From Porphyridium purpureum (taxonomy: Eukaryota): a stretch of 64,000 bases of DNA. The position numbers were made by a program, and so were the translations under genes. The notes beneath the pieces were generated by a model, which saw only the letters and a program-made list of their open reading frames with translations, searched no databases and was not told where the DNA came from. Numbering within the stretch: the first letter of the stretch is position 1; each line of letters begins with the position of its first letter. Positions 1-9,631 of the stretch are shown one piece after another. The stretch spans positions 682,001-746,000 of the forward strand of contig VRMN01000002.1 of the NCBI GenBank assembly GCA_008690995.1. Direction: 5' to 3'.

Positions 1-863
1 AACACGGCTGGCGAGATGTGGAACAGGTCGGACATCTCGTCGCTGGACACCGCGAGCACTCTCTTGCGCTGTGTGGGCGGCGACGCGAACGCGCAGATGC
101 TGTCGGGTTCCTGTGAGGCTGAGCGCTGCGCGGGCGGCTGCTTGGCAGCAAGGTCGCGCGCGTCGTCGTCTTGCACCGCACCTTCGCTTTCGCAACGTGC
201 CGCCTCCGCCGCAATGGAGGCCAGAAAGTTGCGATGAGAGAGCGGCGCAAGCTCCGCCAGCCTTGAGCGCGACAGATCTCGCTGATTGAGGAAAGCGGGA
301 CTCATTCGGACGGCAATCAGCGAGTTTATGTCTGGGTGAGAGCCCAGAAGCTCTGTCAGATTGCCCTTCGGGCGCGGGCCAGACGTGCGGAAGCCAAACG
401 AGAATGTCTGACCAAGAAAGAAAGACCTCCACACGCGGCCGCTATGCCGTGAGTTCGCATACTCCACCGCCTGATCGAGCCTCGTTGACAGCAGTGGGAA
501 CCGAGACGTCAAAGCGAGCCGCGATTCTCTCAGAAGCACCAGAACAGCGTCGGTGAAGGCCGTTACTTTCGCGGTGTTCAAATCCTCATCCACGATGTCC
601 ATCTGCACGCGCAAGCTCCACTCGAACTGCTGGAAGCCGCAGTACACACACCGCTGCACAGGGAGGATCGGCGGCGGCTGTGACGCAGCCGCAGAACCGT
701 CCTGCGGCTGCACTACGACGCATCCGTTCTTGCGCGACAGCTTGGCGGCGTCGCGCTGCAGGACGTGCTTCCTTGCGCATTGCCGGCAGGACAAGTACCA
801 GCACGGCGCGGCGCCGTCGCCACACGCCATCTCATGCACCGAGCACACCAGCTCTGAAATCAT
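1..863 (-). CDS. RPA1 C-terminal-like Zn-ribbon OB-fold protein, DDIAS/noxin-like (3'-partial, runs off the window)
   Basis: Not in the ORF track. Hand translation from ATG 863 is open to position 1: MISELVCSVHEMACGDGAAPCWYLSCRQCARK...RCVYCGFQQFEWSLRVQMDIVDEDLNTAKVTAF...FFLGQTFSFGF. Two CxxC pairs sit in the Rep_fac-A_C pattern. Confidence 0.7.
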   Translation of the reverse strand, partial: MISELVCSVHEMACGDGAAPCWYLSCRQCARKHVLQRDAAKLSRKNGCVVVQPQDGSAAASQPPPILPVQRCVYCGFQQFEWSLRVQMDIVDEDLNTAKVTAFTDAVLVLLRESRLALTSRFPLLSTRLDQAVEYANSRHSGRVWRSFFLGQTFSFGFRTSGPRPKGNLTELLGSHPDINSLIAVRMSPAFLNQRDLSRSRLAELAPLSHRNFLASIAAEAARCESEGAVQDDDARDLAAKQPPAQRSASQEPDSICAFASPPTQRKRVLAVSSDEMSDLFHISPAV

Positions 864-1180
864 CACGTTTGTGCGTTGTGCCGAGCGTTCCGTGCACGCA
901 CCCACCCACCCCCTTCCCTCCTCCGCGCGTCGTCCCCTGCAACCACCGCATCAATGTACCCGCTCAAATTCAAACCGCGGTGCTGCGTTGAGGCGTTTTT
1001 AATTTTCGTTGTTCAAATTCGTGCTGGGTGATAATAAGGTACACGAAGTACAGTTGTGTCAGCAAGATGGTGATGATTTCCCAGAGGTGTTTGCATACAG
1101 ACGCCGCGCGCTTATTTTTAGAACCACTTCATGCGCTTGTTGCGACGCATGGCGTGATCAACTCGAAAGGCGCGGTGGAT

Positions 1181-1208
1181 CTGCTGCTGCTGCTGCTGCT
1201 GCTGCTGC
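1181..1208. repeat. (CTG)n microsatellite, about 9 units
   Basis: Read directly from the sequence. Confidence 0.95.
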
Positions 1209-1349
1209 GTGCGTGCCTGTCTGCGTGCGTGTGTGATTCCGCGCGGCGCTCTGCCGAATAAGGTGCACAGCTGGGAGAAAGTCCTCGCGCACATTGGCGC
1301 GTTAGCGACGCCGGGGCCAAGCAAGCCCAAGTGTCCCGGAACAAGCATC

Positions 1350-2231
1350 ATGTCAGAACTGTCTGGCCGCATCTCCGGCGCACAGTCGAGTCCGTCGCCC
1401 GGCGAGGACTTTGATTTCGGCACCGTGATCAGCTCGCCCACAGAGCGCCCGCGCGTCAGCGGGAAGATGCCTCCGTCCATGCCGGCGAGCGGGGACGCCG
1501 TGGGCTTGGTACGGAACGGCTCCGAAACGCTCAAGGCAGGCGCGACGGAGAAAAGCAACTCGAAAAAGGGGAAGGGCCTCTGGTTTGCGGGGGGAAGCGG
1601 GAAGATAGAGACAAGTCCTTTCCCGGCCGCGCCGGGATCCGAGCTCGACGAGAAGGGCGCCAAGGTCACGGACAAAGACAAGTCGGCCAAGATGTTCACC
1701 GGATTCTCGCGCATGGTACGCTCCATGACGCGCAACGCGAAAGGCAGCGATCGGGAGGACTCCACAAAGCTCGCAGATGTTCCGGGGGAGTTCACTGACG
1801 CCAGGACTTCTTCACTGGAGAGTGATTTTGCTGGCGCCGATGGGTTAACCTCGCCCGGTCAAGATCACGCCGGTGAAGCGGCGAACGCGACCAGCAGTGC
1901 TCCGAGGGGAAACACGAAGAGTCCAAACAATCTCAGCATAGATATTGATGAGAACGTTTCGTGCAACGTGGCCGACCTGGGAGTCAGCAACATTTTTAGG
2001 CCATTCTCGCCGCAGGAGTCCAAAGCAGATGAAAATCAAAACGTGGTGTCGCCAAGTCGCGAAACGTCTTCAGCATGTGGCTCGTCGTCTGCGCTTACTC
2101 CGGGATTGCCGGGTAGTGCAACTCCAGCCGGAGGTTTTGCCCAGGCGCACAAACACGTTGCAAGCGCAAGTCCGGCGGGCGCCGACAGCGACGAGGAACA
2201 CGAGGGCAAATTTGACGATGCAGACGACTAG
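1350..2231 (+). CDS. Hypothetical, likely disordered S/G/P-rich protein
   Basis: Long ORF (track 1209..2231 starts at a non-ATG codon); first ATG at 1350 (MSELSG...). No recognisable domain. Confidence 0.6.
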   Translation: MSELSGRISGAQSSPSPGEDFDFGTVISSPTERPRVSGKMPPSMPASGDAVGLVRNGSETLKAGATEKSNSKKGKGLWFAGGSGKIETSPFPAAPGSELDEKGAKVTDKDKSAKMFTGFSRMVRSMTRNAKGSDREDSTKLADVPGEFTDARTSSLESDFAGADGLTSPGQDHAGEAANATSSAPRGNTKSPNNLSIDIDENVSCNVADLGVSNIFRPFSPQESKADENQNVVSPSRETSSACGSSSALTPGLPGSATPAGGFAQAHKHVASASPAGADSDEEHEGKFDDADD

Positions 2232-2339
2232 ATACTGCGCCCAACTTTGGCTGTCTTGAGAATAAAGTATATTAAACCGTCGATCCCGCCAACGCGCTTT
2301 CGCTGATAGAAGAGCTGGAAGATTCATCACTGCTTTAGC

Positions 2340-2729
2340 TCACGTCTTCTTCTTGGGCGCCAGCTCCGCGGCCATTGAGTTTATCACACCATTGATCTTG
2401 ACGGCGAGAATGAAGTCGTTGCTGGTGAGACCTTTGACCTTGTGGGTGGACAAGGTGATGCGCAGCGAGCTGTACGTCAACAGAAGGTCTGGATGATGTC
2501 CCTCGTTCTCCGCTAGTGCCCCGATCCGGTTCACTAAGAGCAGTCCGTTCCGAAAGTTGCGCGTGCGGACCTCCCGCTCAATCTGCGTGCGCGGCTCATT
2601 GTACGTCCATTCTGGTACATTGACCATGAACTGGTCGACCTCTGCCGCGCTGAGGGCGTCCTCCAGCCCCGCGCATGGCGCGCACGTTGCGTCGTCGGCA
2701 ATGAGCTTGCCTGCACAGTCGTCAGCCAT
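2340..2729 (-). CDS. PCBD: Pterin-4-alpha-carbinolamine dehydratase
   Basis: Motifs CAPC, AENEGHHPDL and LSTHKVKGLTSNDFILAVKIN. Likely start MADDCAGK at 2729; the ORF extends to 2993. Confidence 0.9.
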   Translation of the reverse strand: MADDCAGKLIADDATCAPCAGLEDALSAAEVDQFMVNVPEWTYNEPRTQIEREVRTRNFRNGLLLVNRIGALAENEGHHPDLLLTYSSLRITLSTHKVKGLTSNDFILAVKINGVINSMAAELAPKKKT

Positions 2730-3062
2730 GTTGTTCAGCTGGAGTGCGCGGTGCAGCTGCCGGCGCTGGCACGCAGGTGCGGACCACGGTCCTCGCCGGA
2801 GCGGCGATTCGTAACGACAACGAGTGCTGCTACCGCTCAGTGGGCGCTTCTGCAATGCAAGCCGGCCAGCTGCGAAAACAAAAGCGGCCAGCGACCGCAT
2901 AACCTCGATTCTTTCCCTGTCCAGTCGGCCGCGACCTCCACATGCAGCAAATCTGAGTGGCAAACCGCAGGCAAGCAATTTCTTCTGCAACACATTGTGG
3001 AGAGCAAACTAAGCCGATACGTATTGGCGGAAGGGGTGGAGACAGGAGTTTATTAGCTTTGC

Positions 3063-5474
3063 CTAGAAAAGCCGCAACCGTGGAGGAAGTGTGGCCATGC
3101 GCCAGAACTTGACCACGCCATTCGCATCCGCCGAGAACACGCCATCTGCGTCAAAGTATACATCCGTGATGGGCTCGGCGTGGGCGTAGTGGGTGGCAAC
3201 GGGCTCAACACGCAAAATCTCGGACAACGGCGTCGCGTCTACAATGTGTAATCGCGGGATGTCGCCGCTCTCACCTTGAGGTGAATACGCTTGTGACACC
3301 GGGGCGTTCGGAGCACTGTTGCTCGACCCACCCCGCTCCACGGGGTCAGAGGCAGATGAACCTTCAGACGAACGATGGTGCGCTCGCGACAACAGATTGG
3401 TTATTGCGGTACCAGGGATTCGTGAGCTAGTTGCTGCACCCGCGACAGGAGGTGCAGCAATCGAGTTTGTAGCCCCAGGCTGCTGTGGTGCAGTGGAGGG
3501 CACTGGTAAACGTCCGAACGAGTCTGTCATCGACTCGCCGCTCGAATCGAGCCGCTTCTTGGTCAAGACTTTCAGACGGGCCGCAATCAAAGAATGATCA
3601 AGCTCCCAAAACAAAAGCTTGCAATCTTGTGCTCCGGAAACTACTCGAAGGCAGCTCGGCTCCGGATGGGGCAAACTGTTCTCCGGTGTTCTGCTGCTGA
3701 TTCCGGGGCTTATGGCGGAGGGTGTACTTGGAAGGAAATCAAGGGCAGACACCCAACTCGAGTGACCCTCGAAGCGCGCCAATTGTGCGCGCCCAGATAC
3801 AGAGTATACGCCGATACAATCATCTTGACCACCTGCAAGCAAAAAATTTCCGCAAGGGCTCCACTTGACGCAAAGGAATGCGCCGTACATGGACCGGAAA
3901 GCCAACAGCACGCACGCGCGTACCGTGTCTACAACCCGAAGGTAACCGTCGCGACAAGCCAACGCCAGGAAACCGGCATGAGGGCCCGCAGAGCTCACGT
4001 GCATGGCATTAATGGCGCCGCAGCCAATTGTCAGCGCTTGCAACGGGTTGCCCTTCTTGTGCGTCTTTGGTACGATTTTCCACACATGAACCTCGTGTTG
4101 CTTCAAGGCCGTGCCTGATGTGCCTAGTGCCAGCGCAGCAGTCAGCTGGGCCGAATCGTCCGGATCGCCGTTACCTGCACCACCTGTAGACACGGGCTCT
4201 GATGCCACAGCGCTTAACACCACGGAACTAGATCGAGCTGTGCCCAAGCCGGTCACTGATGCCTTCAGCTTGGAATCATACAGCGCAACCGTGCCATCCA
4301 TGAAGACTGCAATAAAGCGATGAGGTGCCGATGCGATCCACTGCACTCCAATAACACGCCCGAAGGAAATCGCCCCATCCCTATTGAAACAAGCCGACGA
4401 AATAAACGAAGAGCCAGATTGAGTCGTGCTGGGTTGCAGCGCTCCGCCATTTCCCCTGGCACTGGTGGCTAGGGCCGCGCTGCCCACAAGGTCGATTGTC
4501 TGCACCGAGTAGAGATGGATTTCTCCATTCGTGCACCCTGCTAAAATGTGCGTGCAAGGATCATTTCGAGAAGAGTCAAAGCAGACAGCACTCACTGTGA
4601 CAGGATGCTTGCAGGGCGTCACGAGCTTGTGAGCATGGAACAAACGAGGCGCTGTCGAGCTGACACTGCTTTGTCCAACCGAAACGGTGTCTGTCTCGCC
4701 TCCGTTCCGCAAAGCCGTGCTGGGAAGACTTCGAATGTCGAGCAAGCTTACTGCCTGGGCACCAAGCGGTGCCAGAATACGACATGCTGGCACTGGCGCA
4801 GGACGTGTCGTCGTCTGCTCCGCATGGTGCTGGAGTTGTTCTTGTTCTTGCAGGAGCTGTTGCGAATGCAGAAGCAGCTGCTGTTGTTGAGCATGCTTCG
4901 CTTTCCTACTATTTTCACGGTCCAGTTCAACTGTCAAGGCCCCCTCTTTTCCATGCAGCGCTCTATCCGCCGAAGCATTTCGCGAATGGCCTAATCGAGT
5001 CAGAGAGGTTCCCAGCTTCTTCAGCAGCGACGGCTTGGTCGGAGACGTCACACGGGGAGAATCATCCACTGCTTGCAATCCTTCCTCTGGTAGAGTTATT
5101 TGAAGCGTCGTTCCGGGAGCAGCGCCCGTCAAGGCTGGTTGTGGAGACGTACCCGTCATGAACACGTTGGTGCCTCGTAAAAGCGTATCCCGTTTCATGT
5201 ACAGCGGCGACCAATCCGTGTACTTTGCTGGTACGGAAGGAGCGGACGATGTCTTTGCGGGATGACTCGGGGTGGTGCCGGCCGCGGCCGCGGCCGTCGC
5301 GGCGTGACCCACAGATCCCGGGAGATGTGTTGTCGCGCTGGACGACACCGATCCTCCGCCTGCGGCACCAGACGCTTGAAGCAGCGTTTCGACGGAGAAC
5401 TCGGCCGTCAGTTCGAATCGCAGCTCGTCGCTGACCTCAAAGTGGTCGCGAATGGCCTTGGCGGGGCTCTGCAT
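3063..5474 (-). CDS. WD40 protein, WDR20/DMWD/CreC family (USP12/46 cofactor)
   Basis: FRSMYGAFLCVKWSPCGNFLLAGGQDD, FEGHSSWVSALDF, SGAQDCKLLFWE and AHAEPITDV are typical of the family. Confidence 0.85.
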   Translation of the reverse strand: MQSPAKAIRDHFEVSDELRFELTAEFSVETLLQASGAAGGGSVSSSATTHLPGSVGHAATAAAAAGTTPSHPAKTSSAPSVPAKYTDWSPLYMKRDTLLRGTNVFMTGTSPQPALTGAAPGTTLQITLPEEGLQAVDDSPRVTSPTKPSLLKKLGTSLTRLGHSRNASADRALHGKEGALTVELDRENSRKAKHAQQQQLLLHSQQLLQEQEQLQHHAEQTTTRPAPVPACRILAPLGAQAVSLLDIRSLPSTALRNGGETDTVSVGQSSVSSTAPRLFHAHKLVTPCKHPVTVSAVCFDSSRNDPCTHILAGCTNGEIHLYSVQTIDLVGSAALATSARGNGGALQPSTTQSGSSFISSACFNRDGAISFGRVIGVQWIASAPHRFIAVFMDGTVALYDSKLKASVTGLGTARSSSVVLSAVASEPVSTGGAGNGDPDDSAQLTAALALGTSGTALKQHEVHVWKIVPKTHKKGNPLQALTIGCGAINAMHVSSAGPHAGFLALACRDGYLRVVDTVRACVLLAFRSMYGAFLCVKWSPCGNFLLAGGQDDCIGVYSVSGRAQLARFEGHSSWVSALDFLPSTPSAISPGISSRTPENSLPHPEPSCLRVVSGAQDCKLLFWELDHSLIAARLKVLTKKRLDSSGESMTDSFGRLPVPSTAPQQPGATNSIAAPPVAGAATSSRIPGTAITNLLSRAHHRSSEGSSASDPVERGGSSNSAPNAPVSQAYSPQGESGDIPRLHIVDATPLSEILRVEPVATHYAHAEPITDVYFDADGVFSADANGVVKFWRMATLPPRLRLF

Positions 5475-5864
5475 CGCGCCAGAAGCTCTCGGATGCCGTC
5501 GTCAAATGCAAACCTCGTCTGAGCGCTTCATCGCAGCCAAAGCCCGGCTGCGCCACCACTGGCAGCGATAACCATTTAGCCGTTTAAGATGGAGGTACTG
5601 TGCAGTTCAGACATGACCACTGGCCGGAGAGCCAAGCCATTTCGCCGTGGCGCCATGGCGCCCAGCGCATCTTGCCTGTTCGCGCCCGCAGAGGCGCAGC
5701 GCGGTGGCAACACGCCCGCAGCTTGCGAGCCTGCGGGCTTGCGACATTGCGTATTCGTTCAGAATTTAAAATCCGTTTCGTCAAGTTCAGCAGGCCTGGT
5801 TTGCGACAGCGCGGGGATGCAGACGGAACGCCATGTCTGCACCTCTTATACAATGAAGCGAGTT

Positions 5865-6680
5865 TTAATCATCAACATGGTCATGGCCGTGACGTAGAAG
5901 GAGCGGTAAAAGCGAAAGCAGAATAAGACTCCCGCCTATGATGAGCTTTTCGTTGCGCTGCACGAACGCGAAATTCATTCGCGAGGTTCCTATCACGGTG
6001 AAGAACACCAGCGCAACCATGGTGCACACGGCCGCGATCACCATGGCTAGAACATAGAACATGGAATCCAGCACCGCGTCCGGCTGGCCGTCAATGGCGC
6101 GCGCAATCGATGAGATGAGGATGGGAGAACTACCAACGCACGGAGAAAAGGTGGGGAGAAGGACCACGGAGACCTGCATGAACCGTTGCTGCTTCGCGTA
6201 CGCCGCGTCACTTTGTTCATTTTCCTCCTCGCACGCCTGCACGAACTTTGTGTCCTCCCCACTTGCCCCTTGCTCGTCGGCCAGACTGCTCCCGGTATGA
6301 TTGTGATTGCTACAAAGCGTGTGGCGGTCTGGTTGCAGCCTTCCTGCCTCTTCTGCGTCGTGCTCGCAAGCACACGGGTCGGGCATGAGCCGAAAATGCG
6401 AAGCAACGTAATACGCCCCAAAGATGAATAACACCGCGGTTGGAAGATACTTGTGCAGAGACTTGGGCACGAACGCGTCTCCAAGTGCGGCCATCAGGAC
6501 CGCCGCAATCACCGTTCCCAGTACGTGTCCGAGCGCGCCCAGCACGGTCAACATGAGGATCGTGGCCATGGACCATTTCTGCGCCTTTCCGACGATCACA
6601 AACTGTGCCCAGTGGTTTGGCATCGAGAGGTGGACGCCGGACACCGCCACCAGCACCGCCAGCTCCGTGAGCCTCACCAT
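5865..6680 (-). CDS. His-motif multi-pass membrane protein, NicO/RcnA-like putative metal transporter
   Basis: About 6 TM helices; HLSMPNHWAQFVIVGKAQKW, LLPTFSPC, a His/Cys-rich loop and a C-terminal HGHDH. Confidence 0.7.
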   Translation of the reverse strand: MVRLTELAVLVAVSGVHLSMPNHWAQFVIVGKAQKWSMATILMLTVLGALGHVLGTVIAAVLMAALGDAFVPKSLHKYLPTAVLFIFGAYYVASHFRLMPDPCACEHDAEEAGRLQPDRHTLCSNHNHTGSSLADEQGASGEDTKFVQACEEENEQSDAAYAKQQRFMQVSVVLLPTFSPCVGSSPILISSIARAIDGQPDAVLDSMFYVLAMVIAAVCTMVALVFFTVIGTSRMNFAFVQRNEKLIIGGSLILLSLLPLLLRHGHDHVDD

Positions 6681-6981
6681 CGCGCTCCGTCCGGGCTCGA
6701 ATACCACCGGCAGAGCTTCTGGGAACAGCGCGTGCCACTAGCGGCACGCATCTCCACACGCGACCACCGGACTTACAGTTTGGAGTGTTCCACATTCGGA
6801 TCGAGCGGCTACATAACTTTAAACCGATAAACCGTGACATGCAACAAACACATCACACATTTAAGCACGAACGGGAATAATGGAAAGGCCAGCGTCTAGA
6901 TTGTGTGCTGGTGCCGCATGCACGCGCTCGGTCCTCGGTCGCTGTGTGCGATGCACGACAGCCGGTACCGTTTCGCTCGGC

Positions 6982-7740
6982 CTACGCTGAAAACTGCTTG
7001 GAGATGAAAAAGGCAGCGCAGCACGCCACCACGCCAACCAGCGCAGTCTCCAAAGAGCTCCATAGGCGCGGCGCGCCAGTGACGTGGGCTTTGACAACGC
7101 CAAAGACAAGAAGAGAGATCAGCGTCACCACGCAGCTGATCTTGAACGCAATCATGGAGTCCGCGAAGAGCACGTATGGTAATGTGGGCACCAGACCGGC
7201 CACTACGTACCCACCGCCAACACAAAGAGCTGATTTGAGCGGCTTGTGCTTGTCTGGGCGCTCCATGCCTAGCTCAAAGCGCATCATGAATTCGACCCAT
7301 TTCTCCGGATGCGCACGAAAATGCTCCATAATTTTGGCGACGTGTTCCTTCTCGAGACCGTACGGCATGAGAATATCGTAAATCTCTTGCTCTTCCTCCA
7401 GAGGCGTCTCCACCACCTCGCGCTCCTCGCGAGCGCGCTCGGCCCGATAATGCTGGACCTCGGTCCTGCCGGACAGGTAGCCGCCCAGCCCCATGCTGAC
7501 GGCGCCTGCGGCCAACTCGGCTATCGCAGCAATCACAACGTACTTGCTGCCCACCCCCGTCTGCGACAGTGCCGCAGACAGCGCCCAGGGCACTGTGAAG
7601 CCGTCGCTCATCCCCAGCACAATATCGCTGACAATGCTGACTTCCTCCATGTGTTCCTCGCCGCCCCGGCCGTTCGCTTCAGAGGCCTGGCGCTCCTCAT
7701 CGATCGCGCCGTACCCATTTCCCTTTTGCGGCGCACTCAT
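6982..7740 (-). CDS. VIT1: Vacuolar iron transporter VIT1/CCC1
   Basis: DIVLGMSDGFTVP, AELAAGAVSMGLGGYLS, WVEFMMRFELG. Confidence 0.95.
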   Translation of the reverse strand: MSAPQKGNGYGAIDEERQASEANGRGGEEHMEEVSIVSDIVLGMSDGFTVPWALSAALSQTGVGSKYVVIAAIAELAAGAVSMGLGGYLSGRTEVQHYRAERAREEREVVETPLEEEQEIYDILMPYGLEKEHVAKIMEHFRAHPEKWVEFMMRFELGMERPDKHKPLKSALCVGGGYVVAGLVPTLPYVLFADSMIAFKISCVVTLISLLVFGVVKAHVTGAPRLWSSLETALVGVVACCAAFFISKQFSA

Positions 7741-7994
7741 GATGAACCACGCGAGCGATGCACACGCCTGACGTTGCGCACACTTCCTTGCCTCGCAGAC
7801 CCAAACACCTGCCCATCAACTTCCGCCGGTCGCCCTAGCCGCGAACGGCTTCCACGCGCGTCACCGATGCACGCCGAAGAGCTCACGATGCAACAACTGA
7901 ACCTGCACTGTACTTCCACTAAGGAATCTTAGCGTCAGCACGGGAGCACGCGGCTCATCACCGAGTCGCGCGGAAGATCGTCTGTGCTGTGACC

Positions 7995-9332
7995 ATGGTC
8001 TGGGGCCTGCGTCAGTCTGCAATTCGTGGATGGTCTCTCTGGCAGCGGAAAATGGCCACGTCGTTCATGCCGTCTTCTGAGCTGCTCCCGGTTCTGCAAG
8101 GAAAGGCGCCGGAAATACTGAGCGCCGCAGTGTGCGGCGACGGCCTGAGCGCCGACCCCGCAAGTCCCGTGCTGGTGTTCCCGGCAAAGCCGCCAGACGC
8201 TCGCAAGGCGAAAACCTGTGTGATTGCGTTGAATAGGCCCAAGCAGCTGAATGCATTGACGGCTGACATGTGCACAACCATGCGCTCCATCGTCAAGGAC
8301 CGCATCGTGCCCTACGCGTCCACGACCGACAAGGATGTGTTCGACTGCGCGGTCCTCGTTGGCAGCGGCGATAAGAGCTTTTGTGCGGGTGGTGATGTCA
8401 AGCACGTGTGCATCGAGGCGTTTGTGAACGGCAGGCCAAAGGCGGCGACGGGCTTCTTTGAGGCTGAGTACGCCATGAATTTCGACCTGAGCGCCCTCCC
8501 GGCGGGCAAGACAATCGTGTCACTGCTGGACGGAATCGTAATGGGCGGCGGCGCCGGCATCTCTATGCATGGGAAATTCCGCGTTGCGACGGAGCGGAGC
8601 ATGTTTGCCATGCCTGAATGCGGCATTGGTTTCATGCCGGACGTCGGGGCCACCTTTGTACTTCCGCGAATTCCGCACCGCTTTGGCTACTACTTGGGCC
8701 TGTCGGGTGAACGCATCGACGGCTCAGCTATGCTGTCGTGTGGAGTTGCCACCCACTTTGTTGAATCACGCCGGCTCGGCGACTTGTGCGAGGCGCTGCT
8801 GAGCCTTCCATCAGACTCAGGGGAGACAGAAGGTGTGTCAGAGGCGCTGATTGAAGAAACACTGTCCTCGTTTGAGCCATCGACGGCCAAAGAAATTCGC
8901 AAACACGCCAATGCTCCGGAAAACTCCGAGCAAGGATGCGCGCACCTGAGGGGGCGCGCGTGGATCCCCACGGTGTTTGCTCCCGAACACCGCAACATGG
9001 CTTCCATTTTCGCGGCACTGGAGCGCGCCGCGGAGTCTAGCGAGTCTGCGCAGGCCACGCTGAACAAAATGCGCAACCTGAACTCCCCGCGGTCGATGCA
9101 AATCACGCTCGAGGCGCTGGCACGCGGCGCGTCGATGCCCAACTTGCAAAGCTGCCTGGCGATGGAAACGCTGCTGGCGCAGCGCGCGTGCCAGCCAGAC
9201 TCGTTCGACTTTTACGAAGGAGTGCGTGCAGCGCTGATTGACAAGGACAAGTCGCCGCAGTGGCGCCCGGAACTCTCTGAGCGCGCGCTGCACGACCTGT
9301 TCATGCCCATCATGCCGACTTCGCACTTGTAG
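7995..9332 (+). CDS. HIBCH: 3-hydroxyisobutyryl-CoA hydrolase (crotonase family), mitochondrial
   Basis: LNRPKQLNAL, FCAGGDV, GIVMGGGAGIS, FAMPECGIGFMPDVG, DFYEGVRAALIDKDKSPQW. Confidence 0.93.
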   Translation: MVWGLRQSAIRGWSLWQRKMATSFMPSSELLPVLQGKAPEILSAAVCGDGLSADPASPVLVFPAKPPDARKAKTCVIALNRPKQLNALTADMCTTMRSIVKDRIVPYASTTDKDVFDCAVLVGSGDKSFCAGGDVKHVCIEAFVNGRPKAATGFFEAEYAMNFDLSALPAGKTIVSLLDGIVMGGGAGISMHGKFRVATERSMFAMPECGIGFMPDVGATFVLPRIPHRFGYYLGLSGERIDGSAMLSCGVATHFVESRRLGDLCEALLSLPSDSGETEGVSEALIEETLSSFEPSTAKEIRKHANAPENSEQGCAHLRGRAWIPTVFAPEHRNMASIFAALERAAESSESAQATLNKMRNLNSPRSMQITLEALARGASMPNLQSCLAMETLLAQRACQPDSFDFYEGVRAALIDKDKSPQWRPELSERALHDLFMPIMPTSHL

Positions 9333-9631
9333 GACCGTGCAGCCTACCCATACCACTCCCACCATCACACCACCTGATATCCACTGTACCGCGCTTGGCT
9401 TCCGCTGCAGTGCGGTACACTGATTTTTTTAATTCTATTTTTATTATTTTTTTAATTTTTCCTTCTGGAGCAGCGCGCGGGGCGCTTGTTTCCGGTTTGG
9501 GGGCGGGTGCGCAAGCCTGCTTGACTCGTGTGGTGTTGCGTTTGTGGCTGCTTGGCCTGCTGATGCTGTTGTTGTTTCGCGCGGAGGATTGGCGGGTGAG
9601 GATGCGCGTGGTGCGTTGAGGACACGGAGCA

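Noticed and set aside
553..1002. Plus-strand ORFs at the window start
   Set aside because: Antisense to the real minus-strand Zn-OB-fold gene
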